Below, piece after piece: positions 45,661 to 53,056 of a stretch of 64,000 nucleotides of DNA. Origin of the DNA: Gammaproteobacteria bacterium (GTDB lineage Bacteria; Pseudomonadota; Gammaproteobacteria; WFUO01); the NCBI GenBank assembly GCA_015484945.1, contig WFUO01000005.1:14382-78381 (forward strand), in the 5' to 3' direction. The notes under the pieces are model-generated. The model did not search any database. It saw only the letters and a list, made by a program, of their open reading frames with translations, and had not been told where the DNA came from. Within the stretch, counting starts at the first letter, position 1. The number at the start of each line of letters is the position of its first letter. Both the position numbers and the translations under genes were made by a program.

Positions 45661-46533
45661 ATGAATCCGGATCGCCAGACCCGCATACTCGGAGTGGGAG
45701 TTGCCACGCTGGATATCGTCAACAGCGTTGAAGACTATCCTGCCGAGGACGAGGAGGTGCGCGCAACCGCGCAGCAGCGCCAGCGCGGCGGCAATGCCAG
45801 CAATACCCTCGTGGTGCTGGCCACGCTTGGGCATGCCTGCGAATGGCTGGGCGTATTGGCCGACGATGCCGAGGCCGGAGAGATCGTCGCCGATCTGGAG
45901 CGGCACGGTGTCGGCCATGCGCACTGCCCGGTCATCACAGATGGCTGTTCGCCGGTTTCGTGGGTGATCCGCAATACCCGTACCGGCTCGCGCACCATCA
46001 TTCATCACCGCCGCCTGCCCGAGCTTCACTTCGATCAGTTTGCGGCCATCGCCCTGCAGGATTTCGACTGGATCCATTTCGAAGGCCGTGAACCTGACGA
46101 GGTGGCGCGTATGATCGGGCATGCGCGCATGCACAGTGGTGCCCGTATCTCGGTCGAGATCGAGAAACCGCGCACTGGTATCGAAATGCTGTATCGAGGC
46201 GTGGACCTGTTGCTGTTTTCGCGCGCCTATGCCCGTGCGCTCGGCCACGATTCGGCGGACGATTTTCTTTCCAAAATGGCAGAGAGGATCCCGGCCACCC
46301 ATTTGGTGTGTGCCTGGGGCGAGCAGGGTGCCTCGGCCATCCCCGCCGACGGAAGCCTTTTTGAAGTGCCTGCCACGCCACCCGAACGTGTGATCGATAC
46401 CCTGGGTGCCGGTGATGTGTTCAATGCCGGGGTCATCGATGCCCTCGTGCGCGGGCAGGATCTGCAAGCCGCCGTGACCGCAGGCTGCCGGCTGGCAGGT
46501 GACAAGTGCGGCCATACGGGGCTGCTGCGGTGA
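45661..46533 (+). CDS. PfkB family sugar/nucleoside kinase (ketohexokinase/ribokinase-like)
   Basis: GVGVATLDIV...GGNASNT... and C-terminal DTLGAGDVFNAG (the PfkB anion-hole/ATP motif). Confidence 0.8.
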   Translation: MNPDRQTRILGVGVATLDIVNSVEDYPAEDEEVRATAQQRQRGGNASNTLVVLATLGHACEWLGVLADDAEAGEIVADLERHGVGHAHCPVITDGCSPVSWVIRNTRTGSRTIIHHRRLPELHFDQFAAIALQDFDWIHFEGREPDEVARMIGHARMHSGARISVEIEKPRTGIEMLYRGVDLLLFSRAYARALGHDSADDFLSKMAERIPATHLVCAWGEQGASAIPADGSLFEVPATPPERVIDTLGAGDVFNAGVIDALVRGQDLQAAVTAGCRLAGDKCGHTGLLR

Positions 46534-46877
46534 GCCAGGGCTTCCTGTGCCGAATCGACGAGCTCGACGACCCGGGCAGCAAGGGCCTGTGCGTCGAGAT
46601 CGATGGCAGGTTGACTGATATCTTCGTCGTACGCCGGGGAGACGAGGTGTTCGCCTATCTGAACCGCTGTCCGCATACCGGCAGTCCGCTCGATTGGTTG
46701 CCAGACCAGTTTCTCGATCTCGATCGAAGCAGTATCCAGTGCGCCACGCATGACGCGCGTTTTCGTATCGAAGACGGAATGTGTTTTAGTGGTCCCTGTC
46801 AGGGTGAATCGCTACAGGCCATCACCGTGCGGCTGCATGACGGTGCAGTGTGGCTGGACCAACCGGGCAGGGTGTGA
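46530..46877 (+). CDS. Rieske [2Fe-2S] domain protein
   Basis: CPHTGSPLD...CATHDARF gives CxH...CxxH. A probable GTG start at 46530 overlaps the PfkB stop (GTGA); the track start at 46506 is the alternative. Confidence 0.8.
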   Translation: MSQGFLCRIDELDDPGSKGLCVEIDGRLTDIFVVRRGDEVFAYLNRCPHTGSPLDWLPDQFLDLDRSSIQCATHDARFRIEDGMCFSGPCQGESLQAITVRLHDGAVWLDQPGRV

Positions 46878-46941
46878 GCCGGCATACCGCGTGGCCATGC
46901 GATGACGTGTCTGGTGATGCCGGAGAATCGGTGAGCGGTGT

Positions 46942-47142
46942 TCAGTTCTGGCGGTCGATCAGGGCATCGATATCCAGGCCGGCAATGACCGCATCATCCG
47001 GCTGCCTGTCATCGGGTGGCAGAGGCTGTTCACGAACCGCGGGTGTCAGTGGCGTCACTTCCGGGCGCGTGATGGCGGTGCTCTCCTGCGCCTGACCACT
47101 GATCTCGACCTCACCGGTCGTCATGTCGATACGTATCATCAT
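46942..47142 (-). CDS. Hypothetical small protein (66 aa)
   Basis: GAGGTGG RBS precedes ATGATG. Translation MMIRIDMTTGEVEISGQAQE... is Pro/acidic-rich. No family recognised. Confidence 0.4.
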   Translation of the reverse strand: MMIRIDMTTGEVEISGQAQESTAITRPEVTPLTPAVREQPLPPDDRQPDDAVIAGLDIDALIDRQN

Positions 47143-47323
47143 GATCCACCTCGCGTACGGCAACGGCCGCATCTGATCTCTCTATCGGCATGGATTCGCA
47201 AACTTTTAGTCATGCAATGGACACCCTGCACGGGTGGTTTTACAGGATAGGGAATGGGGCCGGTTTGCGGCAATACAAGCCCCGCGCCACCCCATCGGGT
47301 GGCGTGCCGGGGAAGTGACGTTA

Positions 47324-47830
47324 TCAGGGGAAGGCGGGCAGGCCAGGCTCGATGCCGCCGTCACGAGCCTCGCCATGGGAGCGTACCAGACGCGAGATTT
47401 CATCCATGCGTTGTCTGGGCACATCCACCATCAACAGGATCTGACCGGCATCGATGGCCTGCTCGAAGCGCCGCAGGCTGGAGTTGCGCACATTGGTCGC
47501 CACCATGCCCGAGACCCACAGGCCGAACAGCGCGCCGGCCAGCGTGCTGGCGAGGATGATGCCGCCGGGCATGCTGCCGAACGAGATGGCGATACTCGCG
47601 ACGATTCCGCCGATCAGTCCGGTGGCGCCGCCGATGATCAGTCCCTGTTCGATACCGTGAACGATGTCGCTGCTTTGCAGCAGGTTGGCCCGTGGCAGGT
47701 CGCCAAGGTCCATGTCCTCACGCGCCAGGACGTGGATGTGATGGTCGTCGATGCGTGAGAGCAGCAGTTCATCGACGATGCGGCGGGTGCTGGCGACATC
47801 GGGGAGCAGGAAATAGAGACGCTTTCTCAT
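47324..47830 (-). CDS. Conserved membrane protein with glycine-zipper helices; function unknown
   Basis: AAGGAGG RBS precedes ATG 47830. Translation MRKRLYFLLPDVASTRRIVDELLL... is followed by GLIIGGATGLIGGIVASIAISFG and ILASTLAGALFGLWVSGMVA. The track ORF extension to 48235 was rejected. Confidence 0.65.
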   Translation of the reverse strand: MRKRLYFLLPDVASTRRIVDELLLSRIDDHHIHVLAREDMDLGDLPRANLLQSSDIVHGIEQGLIIGGATGLIGGIVASIAISFGSMPGGIILASTLAGALFGLWVSGMVATNVRNSSLRRFEQAIDAGQILLMVDVPRQRMDEISRLVRSHGEARDGGIEPGLPAFP

Positions 47831-47927
47831 GAGAAACCTCCTTTCCGGCATGGGTATGGTCAGCCAGAAATGACCTATCAGGTTACTCAAGTATAGCCCA
47901 GCGGCCGCCGATCTGCCGTGGATGCCG

Positions 47928-48215
47928 TCAGGTTTCGAGTTCGTCGAGCGGGTTGTTGTGATCGGGATGGGCAGGGGTATCGAGATCCACGCCATAATCC
48001 TCGCGTTCGATGTCCAGTGACCCGGACCAGTCTTCCGGCGCCTCGATGGCCACCGGCCCCATTTCCTCCCAGCTGTCGATGTCGATTTCCTCGATGGTGC
48101 CATCGAAGAACTGGATCTCGATGGTTCCGTCGTCCTCGTCGATGGCGACCACCTCGAATTCCGCGTTCGAGTCGTTCTTGTACCACTCGCCGATGATGGG
48201 AAGGGGGCTCGACAT
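47928..48215 (-). CDS. Small highly acidic hypothetical protein (95 aa)
   Basis: MSSPLPIIGEWYKNDSNAEFEVVAIDEDDGTIEIQFFDGTIEEIDIDSWEE... has coherent composition. It overlaps only the rejected extension of the neighbouring ORF. Confidence 0.6.
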   Translation of the reverse strand: MSSPLPIIGEWYKNDSNAEFEVVAIDEDDGTIEIQFFDGTIEEIDIDSWEEMGPVAIEAPEDWSGSLDIEREDYGVDLDTPAHPDHNNPLDELET

Positions 48216-48436
48216 GCTTGTTTCTCTCCGTGCAAGGAACGAAACCGGACGTATGTTCTGTTATAGGCCCGGCGGCGCAGATGTGCAAGGTTCTTGCAGC
48301 ACGGGTGACGTGCGCTTGAAGGAAGTCAACGAACCATGCCAGACCGGTCACCAAATGCGAAGAATATCACGTTCGCATCGCGGCGTTGTGCTAGGCTGTA
48401 CAGGGTGCAATCAGATGCCGGGAGGTAGCCACCGCC

Positions 48437-49510
48437 ATGGAAGCCGAGTTGTCGGGGCAGGACATAGAAAGACTGAAAAACCTTGTGCCCCTGTTTACGC
48501 TTTCAGAAGAACGCATTCACGAACTGGCTGCGCTGGCCAGTCTGCGTCATTACGCGGCCGGCACGCATGTGTTTCGGGAGGGCGATGTCGATAACCAGAC
48601 CCTGTACCTGATGCACGGTCAGATCGAGCTGCAGGGCAACGGCGGCCAGCGCAATGAACAGATCGCCGCCGGCACGCCCGAATCCCGGCATCCACTGGGC
48701 GACCATCAACCACGCCAGGTTTCTGCCGTGGCGCTCACCGATGTGACGATCCTGCACATCGACAACAACGTCCTCGACTACATGATCACCTGGGATCAGG
48801 TCGCCTCGATGGCACAGGCCCCCGACGGTGTGAGCGATGAACAGGGTGGCGGCGCCGGCGACCAGCAGGAATTCCGCTGGATGAACAAGATGCTCAGCGC
48901 GGTGCCGTTCCAGAACATTCCTGCCGCCAACATGCGTGATCTGCTCGAGCGAATGGAACAGGTACCGGTACGCAAGGGCGATGTGATCGTCCGCCAGGGC
49001 GAGCCGGGCGACTATTACTATCTGCTGGAGTCCGGGCGCGCCCGTGTGACCCAGGTCGTGGAGCTGGCCGAACTGGGTGAGGGCGCCAGTTTCGGCGAGG
49101 AGGCCCTGATCTCCGATTCGGTGCGCAACGCCACCGTGACCATGGAAACCGACGGTATGCTGCTGCGTCTGTCCAAGGCGCATTTCAACGAAATGCTCAA
49201 GGAGCCGCTGATACACTGGATATCCGCCGACCAGGCGCTGCAGGAAGTGCGGGATGGCAGCATCTGGCTGGATGTGCGCCTGGCGCGCGAATACACCCAC
49301 TATCACCTGGCCAACGCCATCAACATACCGCTCAACGAACTGCGTCAGCGCATGGATGAACTGGACAGGAACACCCGCTACATCTGTTACTGCAAGACCG
49401 GCCGGCGCAGCTCGGCCGCGTCGTTCCTGCTCTCGCAGGCCGGTTTCGATGTTGCCGTTCTGCGCGGCGGGCTGCAGATCCTGCCCGGGGTCATGAAACA
49501 GGTCGTGTGA
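48437..49510 (+). CDS. cNMP-binding x2 + rhodanese protein (stand-alone paralogue of the N-terminus of the giant protein)
   Basis: GDYYYLLESG...FGEEALISDSVRNATV...LRLSKAHFNEMLKEPL...WLDVRL...INIPL...CYCKTGRRSSAA. Collinear with aa 1-370 of the 40552 gene. Confidence 0.85.
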   Translation: MEAELSGQDIERLKNLVPLFTLSEERIHELAALASLRHYAAGTHVFREGDVDNQTLYLMHGQIELQGNGGQRNEQIAAGTPESRHPLGDHQPRQVSAVALTDVTILHIDNNVLDYMITWDQVASMAQAPDGVSDEQGGGAGDQQEFRWMNKMLSAVPFQNIPAANMRDLLERMEQVPVRKGDVIVRQGEPGDYYYLLESGRARVTQVVELAELGEGASFGEEALISDSVRNATVTMETDGMLLRLSKAHFNEMLKEPLIHWISADQALQEVRDGSIWLDVRLAREYTHYHLANAINIPLNELRQRMDELDRNTRYICYCKTGRRSSAASFLLSQAGFDVAVLRGGLQILPGVMKQVV

Positions 49511-49575
49511 ATATCGCTATACGTATTGCCCTGACACTGCTATCCACGCTGTCCGGGTCCGGTGGCGATAACGAA

Positions 49576-49598
49576 AAACGGGGCCTATGGCCCCGTTT
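49576..49598. terminator. Bidirectional hairpin terminator between convergent genes
   Basis: AAACGGGGCC-tat-GGCCCCGTTT is a perfect 10-bp stem with an A-run and a T-run on either side. Lies between the 48437-49510 (+) gene and prk (-). Confidence 0.8.
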
Positions 49599-49621
49599 CG
49601 TTGTCGTGATGCGGCTACCAG

Positions 49622-50512
49622 TCAGCGGCCACGGTTTTCCATCATGCGCTGAATGATCGGCGCCAGGATGATCTCCATCGCAAAACCCATCTTGCCGCCC
49701 GGCACGACGATGGTGTTGCGGCGTGACATGAACGAGCCGCTGATCATGTCGAGCAGGTACGGGAAATCGACATCGAACTTCTTCGGATCGCGGAATCGGA
49801 TCACGACGAAGGATTCGTCCGGGGTCGGGATGTCGCGGGCGATGAACGGGTTGGAGGTATCGACCGTCGGCACGCGCTGGAAGTTGATATCGGTGCGAGA
49901 GAACTGCGGGGTGATGTAGTTCACGTAGTCCGGCATGCGGCGCAGGATGGTATCGACGATGGCTTCGGCGCTGTAGCCGCGCTGGGCATTGTCACGGAAG
50001 ATCTTCTGGATCCATTCCAGGTTGACGATCGGTACCACGCCGATCAGCAGATCGACGTACTTGGCCACGTTGACATCCTCGGTCACCACGCCGCCGTGCA
50101 GGCCTTCGTAGAACATCAGGTCGCTGCCGGGCGGGATGTCTTCCCAGGGCGTGAACTCGCCGGGTTTCTTGTCAGTGCCCAGACGTTCGTTGTGGGCCGC
50201 GGCCTCTTCCTCGCTGTGCAGATAGTAGCGCTTCTGGCCGGTGCCGCTTTCGCCGTATTCACGGAACAGGTCCTCGATCTTGTCGAACAGGTTGGCCTCG
50301 GGACCAAAATGCGAGAGCTGCTTGCCCTCGGCGGCGAATTTCTCGATCGCCTCCTTCATCTCGGCGCGGTCATAGCGATGGAAGCTGTCGCCCTCGACGA
50401 CGACCGGGTTGAGGCCCTCGCGGCGGAAGATGTGCTCGAACGCGACCTTGACGGTCGTCGTGCCGGCGCCGGACGAACCGGTGACCGCGATGACAGGATG
50501 TTTCTGTGACAT
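49622..50512 (-). CDS. prk: Phosphoribulokinase (Calvin cycle)
   Basis: MSQKHPVIAVTGSSGAGTTTVKVAFEHIFRREG...EGDSFHRYDR...; ~295 aa, bacterial PRK type. Confidence 0.92.
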   Translation of the reverse strand: MSQKHPVIAVTGSSGAGTTTVKVAFEHIFRREGLNPVVVEGDSFHRYDRAEMKEAIEKFAAEGKQLSHFGPEANLFDKIEDLFREYGESGTGQKRYYLHSEEEAAAHNERLGTDKKPGEFTPWEDIPPGSDLMFYEGLHGGVVTEDVNVAKYVDLLIGVVPIVNLEWIQKIFRDNAQRGYSAEAIVDTILRRMPDYVNYITPQFSRTDINFQRVPTVDTSNPFIARDIPTPDESFVVIRFRDPKKFDVDFPYLLDMISGSFMSRRNTIVVPGGKMGFAMEIILAPIIQRMMENRGR

Positions 50513-50902
50513 GTCTAACTCCTCAGACGCAATAGCAATGAATCGTTTGCCGTAGCGGCCTGTCCGCTATAGCGAATTCTCTACACCTGACCAATGTGCC
50601 AGCGATCCGCTGGCAGACTCCGGGCGCCGGTTGCTGGCCCGTACAGGGTAATTGAAGCGCGTATTGAACCACTATTCGCAGGTTGAGCTCAAGAAAAAAC
50701 CCCGCCACTGATAGTCAGTTTTCAGAAAAGTGTATATAAAGCAGGAAGATAACGCGATACAACGGACTTCCGGCTGGTCACTCAGGCAAATAATGCAAAC
50801 ATGCGTCATTTCACACGGTTCACTGTGTGATTTAACCCACTATCACAACAGCTGGCATCTGTTGAGAGACATAATTACATGTAAAAACAGTATGTTGTAT
50901 TA

Positions 50903-53050
50903 ATGGCAGGAAAATTGCTCCGAACAGGCTGTGCTGAAGTTGACGGGAGTTTCACAGTGAGCAAAAAGTGTCTATCCAGCCTTTCGGTCTCGCCCACGCT
51001 GAGGCTGGTGGTTTTGTCATATCTTTGGGCAGCCACTGCCAGCATTGCAGGTGCCACGACAGGGGCCAACGAGGTCGTCGTAACGGCCACGCGAGAGGCC
51101 GAGAGCCGGCGTCAGGTGCCGGTGACGATCGATGTCATCGGTCGTAAGACCATCGATCGGCGCCTGCCGGCTCATCCTTCCGAAATCATGTCGCTTATAC
51201 CCGGCGTGCATCTTAATGTCACCGGGGGTGAGGGTCACATGACGGCAATCCGGCAGCCGATCAGCACCAAGCCGCTGTACCTGTACCTGCAGGATGGTGT
51301 GCCGACCCGTTCGACCGGGTTTTTCAATCACAACGCGCTTTACGAGGTCAATGTACCGCAGTCCGGCGGGATCGAGGTGCTGAAGGGGCCGGGGACCGCG
51401 CTGCACGGCAGTGATGCGATCGGCGCCGTTATCAATGTCCGCACCCGGCGCCCTCCAAAGCAGCCATTGTTGCGCATGACGTTCGAGGCCGGTCAATGGG
51501 GCTGGGGCCGGCTGCTGCTCGATGGCGGCAACACCGTTGGTGACGATGGTTACTGGGCCGGGGTCAACATTACCCATACCGATGGTTGGCGAGATGCAAC
51601 GTCCTATGACCGCCAGGGATTGACGGCGCGTTGGGACCGCTACCTCTCCAGCGGCGCAATGCTGAAGACCGTGATCGGTTTTTCCCGCATCGACCAGCAG
51701 ACAGCCGGTTCGTCGCGGCTGCTCAGGGACGATTACCTGAACAACCCGACGATGAACTACACGCCGATCTCGTATCGCAAGGTCAAGGCCTTCCGGCTGA
51801 CGATAACCTGGGAAAAAGAAACGGTGAACGGCCTGCTGTCGATCATTCCGTACATTCGGGACAACAGCATGGACATGTTACCGAACTGGTCACTTAGTTA
51901 TGATCCGGTCGTCTATGAGACCGGACACAAGTCGGTCGGGGTGCTGATCAAGCATCGCCGCAATCTGCCGCGGCTCAAGGGCAAGCTGATCAGCGGTATC
52001 GATTTCGACTACAGCCCGGGCTACCGGGACGAATGGCAGATATCGACGACCCGGGTCGGCAATGTCTATACCAGTTACACGGTCGGCACGAAACTCTATG
52101 ACTACGATGTGTCGTTCCAGGCTATCTCGCCCTATGTGCACTTCGAGACATCACCGCGCCCGCACCTGCGCCTGACGGCTGGCCTGCGTTACGACCTGAT
52201 GCGCTATGACTATGACAACCGCCTGTCGGTCGTGACCACCGGCAGTCACCGGCGGCCGGCCGATACGGCCGTGACATTTCGCCACTTGAGTCCGAAGCTC
52301 GGGGCAAGCTGGCAGTTCAGCAAGCAGCTCAATGGCTATGTTTCCTACCGGCACGCCTTCCGGGCTCCGTCGGAGGGCCAGTTGTTCCGGCAGGGCAAGG
52401 CGATCGATACGGTTGGTCTGGATCCGGTCAAGGGTGACAATATCGAGGTGGGCCTGCGGGGCCGCCGTGGCGGATTGCGCTTCGAGGTCACGCTCTATTA
52501 CCTGCGTCTGCGCGATGACATCCTGACCTACCGCAACCCGGACGGTTCGCGTGAGACAGTCAATGCAGGGCGCACGTCGCACCGTGGTATCGAGATCGGC
52601 CTGGCCGGCCGGATCAATCGGCGGCTTGGCTGGCAGGCTGCGTTCAGTTATGCGAAGCACCTGTACGATGCCTGGTCACCGAAGTCCGGGGTCGATTACA
52701 GTGGCAACGAGATGAAATCGGCGCCGCGGCTGCTGGCCAATATCAACCTGTTCTGGAAGCCGTCATTCCTGCGCGGCGGGCTGTTGACGACCGAGTGGTT
52801 GCGGGTCGGCAGCTACTGGATGGATGACGCCAATACGTACAAGTACGGCGGCCACAGTCTCGTGAACCTGCGCATGCGGTACCCGGTCGGCAAACGCCTG
52901 AAACTGATGGCGCGCTTGATGAACGTGACCGACCGGCGTTATGCGACCACGGCCAGCTACAAGCCGGCCGGCTTCGGACCGGAAAAGTTCGAATACTCGC
53001 CGGGCATGGAGCGCACGCTGTATGTCGGCGTGCAATACCGTTTCCGGTAA
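50903..53050 (+). CDS. TonB-dependent outer-membrane receptor
   Basis: The plug region reads VVVTATREAESRRQVPVTIDVI...GVHLN...IEVLKGPGTALHGSDAIGAVINV. The C-terminal beta-strand ends YVGVQYRF. The true start may be GTG 50957, after a GGGAG RBS. Confidence 0.88.
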   Translation: MAGKLLRTGCAEVDGSFTVSKKCLSSLSVSPTLRLVVLSYLWAATASIAGATTGANEVVVTATREAESRRQVPVTIDVIGRKTIDRRLPAHPSEIMSLIPGVHLNVTGGEGHMTAIRQPISTKPLYLYLQDGVPTRSTGFFNHNALYEVNVPQSGGIEVLKGPGTALHGSDAIGAVINVRTRRPPKQPLLRMTFEAGQWGWGRLLLDGGNTVGDDGYWAGVNITHTDGWRDATSYDRQGLTARWDRYLSSGAMLKTVIGFSRIDQQTAGSSRLLRDDYLNNPTMNYTPISYRKVKAFRLTITWEKETVNGLLSIIPYIRDNSMDMLPNWSLSYDPVVYETGHKSVGVLIKHRRNLPRLKGKLISGIDFDYSPGYRDEWQISTTRVGNVYTSYTVGTKLYDYDVSFQAISPYVHFETSPRPHLRLTAGLRYDLMRYDYDNRLSVVTTGSHRRPADTAVTFRHLSPKLGASWQFSKQLNGYVSYRHAFRAPSEGQLFRQGKAIDTVGLDPVKGDNIEVGLRGRRGGLRFEVTLYYLRLRDDILTYRNPDGSRETVNAGRTSHRGIEIGLAGRINRRLGWQAAFSYAKHLYDAWSPKSGVDYSGNEMKSAPRLLANINLFWKPSFLRGGLLTTEWLRVGSYWMDDANTYKYGGHSLVNLRMRYPVGKRLKLMARLMNVTDRRYATTASYKPAGFGPEKFEYSPGMERTLYVGVQYRFR

Positions 53051-53056
53051 ACGCCG

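Noticed and set aside
44755-46515. 586-aa minus-strand ORF; likewise 41221-42585 (454 aa), 33715-34905 (396 aa), 56554-58458 (+, 634 aa) and 59004-60890 (+, 628 aa)
   Set aside because: All are antisense to genes with strong motif support: the giant protein and PfkB, algC, the SLC13 permease, and trmB/thiG/thiS. Their sequences are low-complexity and Arg/Gly/His-rich.
50787-50812. Fur box upstream of the TonB-dependent receptor (AATAATGCAAACATGCGTC)
   Set aside because: Only about 10 of 19 positions match GATAATGATAATCATTATC by hand alignment, so it is not convincing without a matrix score or conservation.
50853-50868. Sigma-54 promoter-like TGGCAT upstream of the receptor gene
   Set aside because: The dinucleotide 12 nt downstream of GG is GA, not GC, and there is no TTGC -12 box.
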